Assembly: GCA_040754195.1 (NCBI GenBank)
Contig: JBFMDJ010000025.1
Location: forward strand, 85,346 to 149,345
DNA length: 64,000 bases
Reading direction: 5' to 3'
Origin: Pseudomonadota bacterium
GTDB lineage: Bacteria > Pseudomonadota > Gammaproteobacteria > Burkholderiales > Rhodocyclaceae
Below the pieces are notes generated by a model. That model was not told the origin of the DNA. It was given only the letters and a program-made list of their open reading frames with translations, and made no database searches. Below, piece by piece: positions 1-13,387 of this stretch. Positions within the stretch are counted from its first letter, which is position 1. Every line of letters starts with the position of its first letter. The position numbers were made by a program, and so were the translations under genes.

Positions 1-1
1 C

Positions 2-2407
2 GGCGCGCCGCACCCCGACCTGATCCTGCTCGACATCATGATGCCGGACATGGACGGGTACGCGGTGCTGGAGCGCCTGAAGGCGGACGCGGCGACCCGC
101 GACATCCCGGTGATCTTCGTCACCGCGCTGAACGCCAGCGAAGACGAGCAGCGCGGCTTCGATCTCGGCGCGGCCGACTACATCACCAAGCCAATCCGGC
201 CCGCCATCGTGCTGGCGCGGGTGCGCGCCCAGCTCGAACTCAAGCGCGCGCGCGACCGGCTGCGCGACGAAAACGCCTTTCTGGAAGCCGAGGTCGCGCG
301 CCGCATCCGCCAGCGCGAACTCATCCTCATGTCGGCTGGCGAGGGCATCTACGGCACCGATCCCGCCGGCCACATCAGCTTCGTCAATCCCGCCGCCACC
401 GAACTGCTCGGCTATGCGCGCGAGGAACTGCTCGGCCGCGAGGCTCACGCGACCTTCCATCGCCATGCGCCGGACGGCGCCTCCTGCGCCGCCGCCGATT
501 GTCCGCTCAACCATTGCCTGAACGGCGGCCTGCACCTGCGCGACATGGAAGGGACATTCTTGCGCAAGGATGGCACGCCGCTCGAAGTCGAATACAGCTG
601 CGAACCGATCGTCGAGGCGGGCAAGACGCTCGGCACGGTGGTCACTTTCCGCGACATCGGCGAAAAAAAACGCTATCTCGCCGAACTCGAACGCAAGTCC
701 AATTTCGACGACCTCACCGGCCTGCCGAACCGCAACCTGCTCAACGACCGCTTCGCCCAGGGCATCGAGCGCTGCCGCGAATTCAGCCGTGAGCTGGCAG
801 TGCTGCTTCTCAACATCGACCGCTTCAAGAGCATCAACGACAGCCTCGGGCACGCCGCCGGCGACGCGGTGCTGGGTGAAGCCGCGCGTCGGCTGGCGGC
901 GGTCGCGCCGCCGGGCGCCACGCTGGCCCGCCTCGAGGGCGACGAATTCGTGCTGGCGCTGGAGATCGAGCACCAGGACGAGGCGATGCGGCTGGCCCGC
1001 CCCCTCCTAAAAGCCCTGGCGGAACCTTTCACCCTCGACAAGCGGCAGTTCTTCCTCACCGCCAGCATCGGCATCGCCCTGTTCCCCAAGGACGGCGACC
1101 ACGGCGAAGCCCTGCTGCAGAACGCCGGCGCGGCGATGGCACGGGCCAAGGTCGCGGGCGGCAACACCTCGCAGTTCTATGCCGCCGAGATGAACGCGCG
1201 CGCGCTGGAGCGGCTCGACCTCGAGAACGGCCTGCGCCACGCCATCGACAACGGCGAACTGGTGCTGCACTACCAGCCGCAGCTGAGCCTGAAAAACGGC
1301 GCGCTCATCGGCATCGAGGCGCTGGTGCGCTGGCAGCACCCGGAGCGCGGCCTGATCGCGCCGGGCGAGTTCATCCCGCTCGCCGAGGAAAGCGGTCTCA
1401 TCGTGCCGCTCGGAGAATGGGTGCTGCGCACCGCCTGCGCGCAAAACAAGGCCTGGCAGGCTGCCGGCCTGCCGCCGGTCACCGTCGCCGTCAATCTCTC
1501 GGCACGCCAGATCGCCGCGCAGGACCTCGTCGAACTGGCCGGCTCGATCCTGCGGGAAAGCGGGCTCGACCCGAAATATCTCGAACTCGAGCTGACCGAG
1601 AGCATGGTGATGGCGGACGCCGAAGCCTTCATCCACGCCACCGAGAAACTCAAGGGCCTGCACATCACCCTGTCGATCGACGACTTCGGCACCGGCTTCT
1701 CCTCGCTCAGCTACCTCAAGCGCTTCTCGATCGACCGCCTGAAGATCGACCAGTCCTTCGTGCATGACCTGACACAGGATCCCAACAGTGCCGCCATCGC
1801 GCTGGCAATCATCTCTCTGGCGCACAGCCTCGGCCTGCTGGTGATCGCCGAGGGCGTGGAAACCGAGGCGCAGCTCAACTTCCTGCACGCGCGCAACTGC
1901 GACGAAATGCAGGGCTACCACTTCAGCCGGCCGGTGCCGGCCCCGGAGATCGCGACCATGCTGCGGGAAGGCCGCCGGCTCGCCTTGCCGAGCGACGCGC
2001 CCACGCCGGGCCGCACCATCCTGATCGTGGACGACGAGGCCTCGATCCTCTCCGCGCTGCGGCGCCTGCTGCGGCGCGAGGGCTACGCCATCCTCGCCGC
2101 CACCAGCGGCACGGAAGGCCTCGAACTGCTCGCCGCGCACGAAGTCGGCGTGGTGATCTCGGACGCGCGCATGCCGGAAATGAGCGGCGCCGAATTCCTC
2201 GGTCGCGCGCGCGAGATGCATCCCGACACCGTGCGCATCATGCTCTCGGGTTACACCGACCTCGCAGCCGTCACCAGCGCGGTCAACCGTGGCGAACTGT
2301 TCCGCTTTCTCGCCAAGCCCTGGGACGACGCCGAACTGCTCGACACCGTGCGCGACGCCTTTCGCCACTACGAAATCCGCAGCGCGCACCGGAGCGGGGC
2401 GGCGTGA
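2..2407 (+). CDS. REC-PAS-GGDEF(degenerate)-EAL-REC c-di-GMP phosphodiesterase response regulator, 5'-truncated by the window edge
   Basis: The frame is open from nt 2 ([14 protein letters not shown] Asp). A PAS domain follows, then RLEGDEF in place of GGDEF. EAL motifs are intact (IEALVRW, IDDFGTG, IAEGVET). C-terminal REC has IVDDE, ISDARMP and AKPW. Confidence 0.93.
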   Translation, partial: GAPHPDLILLDIMMPDMDGYAVLERLKADAATRDIPVIFVTALNASEDEQRGFDLGAADYITKPIRPAIVLARVRAQLELKRARDRLRDENAFLEAEVARRIRQRELILMSAGEGIYGTDPAGHISFVNPAATELLGYAREELLGREAHATFHRHAPDGASCAAADCPLNHCLNGGLHLRDMEGTFLRKDGTPLEVEYSCEPIVEAGKTLGTVVTFRDIGEKKRYLAELERKSNFDDLTGLPNRNLLNDRFAQGIERCREFSRELAVLLLNIDRFKSINDSLGHAAGDAVLGEAARRLAAVAPPGATLARLEGDEFVLALEIEHQDEAMRLARPLLKALAEPFTLDKRQFFLTASIGIALFPKDGDHGEALLQNAGAAMARAKVAGGNTSQFYAAEMNARALERLDLENGLRHAIDNGELVLHYQPQLSLKNGALIGIEALVRWQHPERGLIAPGEFIPLAEESGLIVPLGEWVLRTACAQNKAWQAAGLPPVTVAVNLSARQIAAQDLVELAGSILRESGLDPKYLELELTESMVMADAEAFIHATEKLKGLHITLSIDDFGTGFSSLSYLKRFSIDRLKIDQSFVHDLTQDPNSAAIALAIISLAHSLGLLVIAEGVETEAQLNFLHARNCDEMQGYHFSRPVPAPEIATMLREGRRLALPSDAPTPGRTILIVDDEASILSALRRLLRREGYAILAATSGTEGLELLAAHEVGVVISDARMPEMSGAEFLGRAREMHPDTVRIMLSGYTDLAAVTSAVNRGELFRFLAKPWDDAELLDTVRDAFRHYEIRSAHRSGAA

Positions 2408-4269
2408 GTCCGCTGCGCGACAAGCTCGCACTGCCGCCGGCGCTGCCACGTGCGACGTTGCTGTCGATCGCGCGCATCGTGCTGCTCTACGCGCTGTTCG
2501 CCAGCTTGTGGATCCTGCTGTCGGATCGCGCCGTCGCCCTGCTGTTCTTCGCCGCGGACGCCACCCAGTCGATCCAGACCGTCAAGGGCCTGTTCTTCGT
2601 CGCCGCGACCTCGGTGCTGCTGTTCCTCCTCATGCTGCGCTTCGCCATGCGCCACCTCGACGCCACCGACGCGGGGCGCGAAAAAGTCAGTCCCGACGGG
2701 GCGGCGATCCCGTCGTCCCGCCGCCCCCTGCTCGTCTTCGCCGCGCTGTTTTCCGCCCTCTTCGCCCTGCTCGGCACTGTCGCCGTCCAGCAGAACATGC
2801 AGCGCCACCGCGCCGAGGTCGGCGCGCGCCTCGCCGCCATCGCCGCGCTGAAGGCGGCGCAGATCGAGAGCTGGCTCGCCGAGCGCCACCGCGACATCGA
2901 AGTCATCCGCACCGCCCCGCTGCTGCTGGAAACCCTGCCGCGCTGGCGCAAGAGCGGCGACGCCGCCGCCCGGCAGCGCCTCCAGGCGCGCCTCGAAGGT
3001 TTCCGCGCCACGCTGAACGCCAAGGACATCGTGATCTGCGACGCCAAGGGCGACATCCTGCTCGCCGCCGCCAACCACACCCATGCCGCCGAACCCCTGC
3101 GCGCGACCGTGCTACGCGCGTTCGCGGGCGACGGGATCGAAACCAGCGAGCTGTTCCGCATGGACACGCCGCCGTCCAGCCACGTCCATCTCGACTTCGC
3201 CGCGCCGATCCCCGGGCTGGCCGAACCGGCCGTGATCGTCCTGCGCGCCGACGTCGAAGCGGCGCTGTTTCCCCTCCTGGCCTCCTGGCCGCTGCCGAGC
3301 GCCACGGCCGAGGCCCTGCTGTTCCGGCGCGACGGCGACGGCGTGCTGTTTCTCAACGAGCTGCGCCACGAGGAAAACACCGCACTGGCCAAGCGCGTCC
3401 CGCTCGCGGCGGCGGACGTGCTTGCCGTGCAGGCGCTGGCGCCCGGCTACCGGCCCGGCACGCTACTCGAAGGCAGGGACTACCGCGGCGAACCGTCCGT
3501 CGGTCTCGTCCATCCCGTCGCCGGCACCGCCTGGTGGCTGGTCGCCAAGATGGATCGCGCCGAGGCCTTCGACGCGGCGCACCGGGAGACGTTCTGGATC
3601 GCCGTCACCAGCCTGCTCGTATGGCTGGCGGCGCTGGTTTCGGCGGTACTGTTCTTCCAGCGGCGCGAACTGCTGCACGCCGGGCAGCAGCAGCGCGAGC
3701 GCCAGCGGATGACCGCCGAGGCACAGGCGGCCCGGGACATGCTGCGCACCCTGATCGACACCCTCCCCGACCTGGTCTGGCTGAAGGACACCGAAGGACG
3801 CTATCTCGCCTGCAACAGGCGCTTCGGACAGTTCTTCGGCGCCCCGGAAGCCGCCATCGTCGGCAAGACCGACCACGACTTCGTGCCGGCCGAACTCGCC
3901 GATTTCTTCCGCGCCAGGGACCGCGCGGCGATGGCCGCGGGCGGTCCGACAGAAAACGAGGAGGAGGTCACCTATGCCAGCGACGGCCACCGCGAGCTGT
4001 TGCAGACGATCAAGACGCCCTTCCACGGCAGCGACGGGCGCCTCATCGGCGTACTCGGCGTCGCCCGCGACATCACCCGGCTCAAGGCCGCCGAGGCCGG
4101 CCTGAAGGAACGCAACGCCGAACTCGAGCGCTTCAACCGCGCGATGGTCGATCGCGAACTCGACATGATCGCGCTCAAGCGCCTGGTCAACAACCTGTCG
4201 CGACAGCTCGGGCACGCGTCGCCATATGCGCTGCCGGATGGCGACGCCGGCGGGGATGCCGCGCCATGA
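2404..4269 (+). CDS. Membrane sensor protein (TM helices, Cache-like domain, PAS, terminal coiled coil) with no catalytic output domain
   Basis: GTG start overlaps the upstream stop (GTGA). Hydrophobic helices flank a Cache-like region (EGRDYRG...WWLVAKMD). PAS has [15 protein letters not shown]. The protein ends [22 protein letters not shown]; no H-box, GGDEF or EAL. Confidence 0.85.
   Translation: MSPLRDKLALPPALPRATLLSIARIVLLYALFASLWILLSDRAVALLFFAADATQSIQTVKGLFFVAATSVLLFLLMLRFAMRHLDATDAGREKVSPDGAAIPSSRRPLLVFAALFSALFALLGTVAVQQNMQRHRAEVGARLAAIAALKAAQIESWLAERHRDIEVIRTAPLLLETLPRWRKSGDAAARQRLQARLEGFRATLNAKDIVICDAKGDILLAAANHTHAAEPLRATVLRAFAGDGIETSELFRMDTPPSSHVHLDFAAPIPGLAEPAVIVLRADVEAALFPLLASWPLPSATAEALLFRRDGDGVLFLNELRHEENTALAKRVPLAAADVLAVQALAPGYRPGTLLEGRDYRGEPSVGLVHPVAGTAWWLVAKMDRAEAFDAAHRETFWIAVTSLLVWLAALVSAVLFFQRRELLHAGQQQRERQRMTAEAQAARDMLRTLIDTLPDLVWLKDTEGRYLACNRRFGQFFGAPEAAIVGKTDHDFVPAELADFFRARDRAAMAAGGPTENEEEVTYASDGHRELLQTIKTPFHGSDGRLIGVLGVARDITRLKAAEAGLKERNAELERFNRAMVDRELDMIALKRLVNNLSRQLGHASPYALPDGDAGGDAAP
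2681..2706 (-). repeat. Dispersed 25-nt motif copy, inside the sensor CDS
   Basis: AAAAAGTCAGTCCCGACGGGGCGGCG, encoding KVSPDGAA. Confidence 0.85.
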
Positions 4270-7200
4270 CCGGGGCATTCGACGGCGGCGGTGCCCTGCC
4301 CGCGATCCTGCTGTTCCTCTTCGCCACGACGGCGGTACTCGCAATACTGGTTGGTGCCCGCCGCCAGCGACGTGCGGAAGCCGTCATCGCCCGCGACGCG
4401 GAACGCCTGCGCCGCCTCGCCGGCGCCGTCGAGGCGGTCGCCGGCGTGCGCGACCTCGCCGGGCTGATGGCGATCATCCGCCACGCCCTGCGCGAACTGA
4501 CCGGCGCCGACGGCGTCACGCTGGTGCTGCGCGAGGACGGGTACTGCCACTACATCGACGAGGACGCCATCGGCCCGCTATGGAAAGGGCAACGCTTCCC
4601 GCTGGAATCCTGCATCTCCGGCTGGGCGATGCTGCACGCCGAAGCGGCGGTGATCGAGGACATCTACGCCGATCCGCGCATCCCCCACGACGCCTACCGC
4701 CCCACCTTCGTCAAGAGCCTGAGCATGGTGCCCGTCGGCCGCCAGCAGCCGGTCGGCGCCATCGGCTGCTATTGGGCGGCGCGCCACCGCGCGACTGAGG
4801 AGGAACTGGAGCTGCAGCAGTCCCTCGCCGACGCGCTGGCGGTGGGCCTCGGCAACCTGAGACTCTACGAGGAAATGGCGGCCGCCCGCCAGGCGGCCGA
4901 GCTCGCCGCCGAGGAGCTGAAGGTGCAGGCCGCCCTGCTCGCGGCGGCGCAGGAAAACGCCCTCGACGAGCAGCGCCGCGCCCGCATGGCGGCGCTGAAC
5001 CTGATGGAGGATGCCCAGGCCGCGCAACGGCGCGCCGAGGCGGCGCAGGAAGCCCTGCGCGAAAGCGAGTTGAGCTTCCGCCTGCTGACCGAGCAGGTGC
5101 CGGCCATCATCTACCGGGCCTCGCTCGACGCGCAAAGCACGACCCTCTACGTCAGTCCGCACATCGCCGACCTGGGCTACACGCAGGAGGAATGGCTCGC
5201 CGATCCCGAGGCCTGGATCAAGGCCCTGCATCCGGACGACCACGAGTCCGCGCTGGGAGCGCTGGCCGAGTGGCACCGCACGGGCGGAAAACTGGCGCTC
5301 GAATACCGGCTGCGCGACAAGCAAGGCCGCTGGCGCGACTATCACGACCTCGGCGAAATCGTCCGGGACGCCACGGGCCGGCCGCTCTATCTCCAGGGCC
5401 TGATGCTCGACATCACCGAGCGCAAGACCACAGAAAGGGAACTGCGCGAGAGCCGGGAGTTCATCCAGTCGGTGCTCGACAACCTGCCGGTGGGCATCGC
5501 CGTCAACTCGGTCGATCCCGCGGTCGACTTCAGCTACATGAACGACAACTTCCCGAGGATCTACCGGACGACGCGGGAACGTCTGGCCGATCCGGACGCC
5601 TTCTGGGAAGCGGTTTACGCGGACCCGGTCCAGCGCGAGGCAATCCGGCGGCGGGTGCTGGAAGACTGCGCCAGCGGCGATCCCGCGCGCATGCACTGGG
5701 AGGACGTGCCGCTCGCGCGGCCGGGCGAGCCGACCGCCTACGTCGCGGCACGCAACATTCCGCTGCCGGAACGGGGACTCATGATCTCGATGGTCTGGGA
5801 CGTCACCGACCGCAAGCGCGCCGAGGCGGACTTGCGCAAGCTCTCGCTGGCCATCGAGCAGAGTCCGGAGAGCGTCATCATCACCGACACCGCGCGCCGC
5901 ATCGAGTATGTCAACGCGGCCTTCGTCCGCAATACCGGCTACCTGCCCGAGGAGGTGCTGGGCCATACGCCCCGGCTGTTGCAATCGGGCAAGACGCCGC
6001 CACAGGTCATGGCGGAACTGCATGCCGAACTGGACGCCGGCCGCCCCTGGAAGGGCGAGCTCATCAACCGGCGCAAGGACGGCAGCGAGTATGTCGACTT
6101 CGCCATCATCGCGCCGCTGCGCCAGCCGGACGGACGGATCACCCACTACGTGGCGGTGCAGGAAGACATCACGGAACGCAAGCGCATCGGCACCGAGCTC
6201 GACAAGCACCGCCACCATCTCGAGGAACTGGTGGAGCAGCGCACGGCGGAGCTGGAGGAGGCCCGGCGCCAAGCGCTGGCCGCCAGCGCGGCGAAGAGCG
6301 CCTTCCTCGCCAACATGAGCCACGAGATCCGCACGCCGATGAACGCCATCGTCGGGCTGGCCCACCTGCTGCAGCGGCGCATCGCCGATCCCGAGCAGCG
6401 CGACCGCCTCGACAAGATCGTCGAGGCCTCCCACCACCTGCTGGGGCTGATCAACGACATCCTCGACCTGTCGAAGATCGAGGCCGGCAAGCTGACCATC
6501 GAGGTCGCCGAATTCGACCTGCTGCGCGTGCTGGAAAACGTCTCCGCGCTGGTGGCCGAACGCGCGCAGGCGCGCGGGCTGGAGCTGATCATCGACATCG
6601 ACCCCGCGCTGACGGAAGCGCCGCTGTTGCTGGGCGACGCCACGCGCGTGCGCCAGATCCTGCTCAACTACGCGAGCAACGCCGTCAAGTTCACCGAGCA
6701 GGGCTCGGTCACGCTGCGTGCGCGCCGCATCGAGGACGGCGCCAGCGACCTGCTGCTGCGGCTGGAGGTGGAAGACACCGGCATCGGCATCGCGCCCGCC
6801 GACCAGGCACGCCTGTTCCAGTCCTTCGAGCAGGCCGACGCCTCGATCACGCGCCGCTACGGCGGCACCGGGCTGGGACTGGCGATCAACCGCCGGCTTG
6901 CCGAGCTGATGGGCGGAGAGGCCGGCGTCGAAAGCGCGCCGGGCGTCGGCAGCCGCTTCTGGAGCACCGCGCGACTGGGCAAGAGCGCCAGGACCGAACG
7001 GTGCTGGAACACGCCGCTGCTGCGCGACCGCCGCGCGCTGGTCGTCGATGGCAGCCCCGGCGCCCGGTCGGTCCTGACGCAGATGCTGCATACCCTGGGT
7101 CTCCACGTCGACGCGGCGCCGGACACCGACGCCGCGCTGGCGGAGGTCGCCGACGCCGACGGGGAAGGCGTGCCCTTCGACGTCGCGCTGTTCGACTGGC

Positions 7201-8476
7201 AGACGCCCGACCTGCCGGGGCGGAACATCGCGCAGGAAATGCATGCCCTGCCGCTGAGCCGCTACGCGCCCCACCTGCTGGCGGTGGGCCCCGATCAGGC
7301 CGAGGCGCGCGCGGCCGCCGCGGCCGCCGGCTTCGCTGTCCTGCTGGCCAAGCCGGTCACCCTGTCGGCGCTCAACGACACCCTGGCGAACCTGCTGCGC
7401 GACGCGCCGGCGACGACGGCCCCGCCGCCGCCCGACGAACAGATACTGGCGCGCGCGGCACGGGCGCGCGGCCTGCGCGTCCTGGTCGCCGAGGACAACC
7501 CGGTCAACCAGCAGGTGGCGCACGACCTGCTGGGCGACGCCGGCCTGACGGTCGACCTCGCCGACAACGGCGCCCAGGCGGTGGAAATGGCGCGCGGCAC
7601 GGCCTACGACGCCATCCTGATGGACATGCAGATGCCGGTGATGGACGGCGTCGAGGCGACGCGGCGCATCCGCGCGCTGCCCGGCCGGGCGCAGACGCCG
7701 ATCCTGGCGATGACGGCGAACGCCTTCAGCGAGGATCGCCAGCGCTGCCTGGACGCCGGCATGAACGACTACCTCGCCAAGCCCGTCGATCCCGCCACCC
7801 TGTTCGCCACCCTGCTGCGCTGGCTGCCACAGGCGACCGCCATGACCGCGGTCCCGGCAGCAGAGGCCGAAGCGCCGGCCGAAGACGATGCCGCGCTGCG
7901 CGCGCGGCTCGACGGCATTCCCGGCCTCGACGCCGGGGCAGGGCTGCGCAGCGTGCGCGGCCGCGTCGCGCGCTACGCCGGTCTGTTGCGGCGCTTCATG
8001 GAAAATCACGGCGGCGACGGCGCGCGACTGCGCGCGCAACTGGCGGCGGGAGACGCGACGGCGGCCGGCCAGACCGCCCACGCGCTTAGGGGCGTGGCGG
8101 CCACCTTGGGCGCCGTCGCCGTCGCGGCGACGGCCGAAGCGCTGGAAAATGCGCTACGCCAGCAGATGGATGCTGACCACGACGAGGCCTGCGCGGCGGT
8201 GGAGCAGGCGCTGGCGACGCTGATGAGCGCCCTGCATGCCGCCCTGCCGCCCATGCCGCCGCCGGAAACACCCGTCGGGGACGCCATCGCGCTGCTGGCC
8301 GAGCTCGAAACCCTGCTGGCGAGCGACGACACCGACAGCAACCGCGCCTTCGCCGCCGCCGCCCCCCTGCTGCGCCGCCGTCTCGCCGGCGCTGACTTTT
8401 CCGCGCTGGAACGGCACATCGAGGCTTATGATTACCCGGCGGCGCTGGCGCTGGTGCGCGCGCTGCGCCAACGCCC

Positions 8477-8480
<4 letters not shown>
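4266..8480 (+). CDS. Hybrid sensor histidine kinase (TM-GAF-PAS x3-HisKA-HATPase-REC-REC-HPt)
   Basis: True start is ATG 4266 (ATGA overlap) inside ORF 2289..8480. H-box [15 protein letters not shown]-box [11 protein letters not shown] boxes [15 protein letters not shown], second [11 protein letters not shown], HPt [12 protein letters not shown]. Confidence 0.93.
8376..8400 (+). repeat. Dispersed 25-nt motif copy, inside the hybrid kinase CDS
   Basis: CGCCGTCTCGCCGGCGCTGACTTTT, encoding RRLAGADF. Confidence 0.8.
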
Positions 8481-10434
<1,954 letters not shown>

Positions 10435-10438
<4 letters not shown>

Positions 10439-11976
10439 ACGCAACCGACACCCCCGCCCGCATCCTCTGCGTGGATGACGAGCCCTCGATTCTCGCCGCG
10501 CTCAAGCGCGTGTTCCGTCCCCATGGCTACACGGTGCTGACGGCCACTTCGGGTCGCGAGGCGCTGGCGCAGCTCGAAGCCGAGCCGGTCGACCTCGTCA
10601 TCAGCGACATGCGCATGCCCGAGATGGACGGCGCGCAGTTCCTCGAAAAGGTGTTCGATAAATGGCCCGCCACCAAGCGCATCCTGCTGACCGGCTACGC
10701 CGACGCCGCCGCCACGATCGCCGCGATCAACCGCGGCAAGATCTGGCGCTACGTCGCCAAGCCGTGGAACGACGACGAACTGATCCTCACCGTCCAGCAG
10801 GCGCTGGCGCACCGCCAGCTGATGGACGAGAACGCGCGGCTGACCCGGCTCACCCAGGCGCAGAACGAGGAACTCAAGGAGCTCAACGCCGGTCTCGAAC
10901 GCAAGGTCGCAGAGCGCACCGCGCAGCTCGCCGAGGCGCTGGAATCGCTGGAGACCGCCCATGCGCAGTTGCGCCAGGGCTTCCTCGCCACCGTGCAGCT
11001 GTTCTCCGGCCTCGTCGAGCTGCGCGGCGGCAAGCTGGCCGGCCATTCGCGCCGCGTCGCCGACATCGCGCGCCGCCTCGCCGAGCAGATGGGGCTTTCC
11101 GAGGCCGACCAGCAGGACGTCTTCCTCGCCGCGCTGCTGCACGACATCGGCAAGCTCGGCCTGCCCGACGCCCTGCTCAACGCGCCCTTCAACGCGCTGC
11201 CGCCGCAGGGCAAGGCCGAGGTGATGCGCCATCCGGTCAAGGGCCAGCAGCTGCTGATGTCCGTCGAACAGCTCGCCAGCGCCGCACGCATCATCCGCCA
11301 CCACCATGAATGCTTCGACGGCGGCGGCTACCCCGACCGCCTGGCCGGGCTGGCGATTCCGCTCGGCGCGCGCATCCTGGCCCTCGCCAACGACTACGAC
11401 GCGCTGCAGGCGGGTACGCTGACCCTGCATGTCCACACCGCACTCGAAGCCCAGCAGGTGTTGCAGAAGGAACGCGGCCACCGCTACGCCCCGGAGGTCG
11501 TGGATGCCTTCTTCGCCATGCTGGCCGAGGAAGAGGCCGCACGGCCGAAGGAACTGTCCGTCGGCACCGGCCAGCTCAAGCCGGGCATGGTGCTGACGCG
11601 CGAGCTGACGCACCGCGACGGCTATACCCTGCTGCCGCGCGGACGCGTGCTCAACGCCGACATCATCGCCAAACTCGCGGCCCTTGAAGAGGCCGAGGGC
11701 CACGCGCTGACGCTGTTCGTCCGCAACGACGCCGCACCCGGCGTGCTGCGCGACCCGCGCCCCGAACCGCCGCCGCGTCTCTGGAAGGAGGTGGAGCTTC
11801 CCTCCGGACGACTCAAGCCCGGCATGGTGCTGGCGCGCAACCTCAATCACAAGGAAGGCTACCTGCTGCTGGCGCGCGGCTGCGCGCTCGACGAGGTGAT
11901 CATCAAGCAATTGCGCGAGTTCGAGCGCATCAACGGCGAGCCCATCAACGTCTTCATCCGCATCGAGTCGCATTGA
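10435..11976 (+). CDS. REC-HD-GYP response regulator (c-di-GMP phosphodiesterase) with a duplicated C-terminal module
   Basis: REC CVDDE/ISDMRMP; LLHDIGK; HHHECFDGGGYP; LANDYDAL; two LKPGMVL repeats at the C-terminus. Confidence 0.92.
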
Positions 11977-11980
11977 AGCC

Positions 11981-13318
11981 ATGGAAGCCTTCGTCTGGAA
12001 CGAGCACTTCACCACCGGCATCGAATCGGTCGATACGCAGCACCACCACCTGGTGGACATCGTCAACCGGCTCGGCGATCTGCTGATCGCCGCACAACCG
12101 GTCGACAAGGAAACGATCGAGGACATCTTTCGCCAGCTCGCGGAATACGCCAACACCCATTTCCGCGACGAGGAGCATCTGATGCGCACGGCCGGCGTCA
12201 GCGAGGCGCACTACCAGCACCACTGCAAGGTCCATCGCGACTTCGTCGCCCAGGTGAAGTCGATGTGGCAGGCGCGCGGTCTGATGAGCGCGCCGGCCGA
12301 CACGCTGCACGGCTTCCTCGCCGCCTGGCTGTCCTACCACATCCTCGGCGAGGATCAGGAAATGGCGGAGGAAATTCGTCGCCTGAAGGGCGGGCCGGCC
12401 CTGGCCCACGCTCCCGGCGCGGACGGCCGCGACCGCTCCACCGGCGCCCTGCTGCACGCGCTGCGCAACCTGCACGGCGTCCTTTCGCACATGAACCAGG
12501 ACCTGATGCGCGCCAACGCCTCGCTGGAGGAGGAGGTGGCAACGCGCACGCGCGAGCTGCTGCAATCGGAGAAGATGGCCTCGATCGGCCAACTCGCCGC
12601 CGGCGTCGCCCACGAAATCAACAACCCGATCGGTTTCGTCAACTCCAACCTCGGCACGCTCGGCCGCTACGTCGACGACCTGCTGCGCCTCGCCGACCTC
12701 GGCGCCGCCACGCCGGACGGACAGGCGCTCGGACAGGAACTCGACCTCGACTTCCTGCGCGCCGACCTGCGCGACCTGCTGCGCGAATCGCAGGACGGCC
12801 TCGACCGCGTGCGCAAAATCGTCGCCAACCTCAAGGACTTCTCGCGCGTCGACCAGGCCGAATGGCAAGTGGCCGACCTGCTCGCCGGGCTGGAGAGCAC
12901 GCTCAACGTCGCCTGGCACGAACTGAAATACAAGGCCGACATCGTGCGCGAGCTGCGCCCCCTGCCGCTCGTGCGCTGCGTGCCGGCGCAGATCAACCAG
13001 GTCTTCCTCAACCTGCTGGTGAATGCGGCGCAGGCGATCAAGGAACACGGCACCATCACGCTGCGAAGCGGGGTGGAGGGCGACACGGTCTGGATCGAGG
13101 TGGCCGACAACGGCTGCGGCATGGACGAGACCACGCAACGGCGCATGTTCGAGCCCTTCTTCACCACCAAGCCGGTCGGTACCGGCACCGGGCTGGGCAT
13201 GTCGCTGACCTGGGACATCGTCACCAAGCACGACGGCGAGATCGCCGTCGACAGCGCGCCCGGCCGAGGCACGCGCATCCGCGTCACGCTGCCGGTCGGC
13301 GGGCCGTCCGGCGGCTGA
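11981..13318 (+). CDS. Bacteriohemerythrin-fused cytoplasmic histidine kinase
   Basis: Hemerythrin iron ligands: W-x-E...DTQHHHL, HFRDEE, HCKVH, WLSYHILGED. Followed by H-box AGVAHEINNPIGF and a HATPase domain. Confidence 0.92.
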   Translation: MEAFVWNEHFTTGIESVDTQHHHLVDIVNRLGDLLIAAQPVDKETIEDIFRQLAEYANTHFRDEEHLMRTAGVSEAHYQHHCKVHRDFVAQVKSMWQARGLMSAPADTLHGFLAAWLSYHILGEDQEMAEEIRRLKGGPALAHAPGADGRDRSTGALLHALRNLHGVLSHMNQDLMRANASLEEEVATRTRELLQSEKMASIGQLAAGVAHEINNPIGFVNSNLGTLGRYVDDLLRLADLGAATPDGQALGQELDLDFLRADLRDLLRESQDGLDRVRKIVANLKDFSRVDQAEWQVADLLAGLESTLNVAWHELKYKADIVRELRPLPLVRCVPAQINQVFLNLLVNAAQAIKEHGTITLRSGVEGDTVWIEVADNGCGMDETTQRRMFEPFFTTKPVGTGTGLGMSLTWDIVTKHDGEIAVDSAPGRGTRIRVTLPVGGPSGG

Positions 13319-13331
13319 TCGAAAGCTGGTA

Positions 13332-13382
13332 CCGTCCCGCCGGGACTGACTTTCCGGCGCCGTCCCGCCGGAACTGACTTTT
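13332..13382 (+). repeat. Two direct tandem copies of the 25-nt motif between convergent genes
   Basis: CCGTCCCGCCGGGACTGACTTT (13332-13353) and CGCCGTCCCGCCGGAACTGACTTTT (13358-13382). Confidence 0.92.
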
Positions 13383-13387
13383 CCTGT

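Noticed and set aside
2289-4265. N-terminal extension of the 2063-aa ORF 2289..8480
   Set aside because: It is an Arg/Ala/Pro-rich off-frame read of the real 2404-4269 gene; the kinase starts at ATG 4266.
4260-4275. Possible frameshift splitting one giant sensor kinase
   Set aside because: The junction is a clean ATGA overlap like the others in this operon, and the downstream protein has its own N-terminal TM helix; kept only as a refutation test.
4578-8081. 1167-aa antisense ORF, and the 965-aa alternate-frame ORF 5192..8089
   Set aside because: Shadow ORFs of a GC-rich gene: no motifs, low-complexity composition, fully overlapping the kinase.
13332-13382. Tandem repeat as a mini-CRISPR array
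   Set aside because: Only two copies separated by 4 nt, no spacer-length unique sequence and no cas genes.
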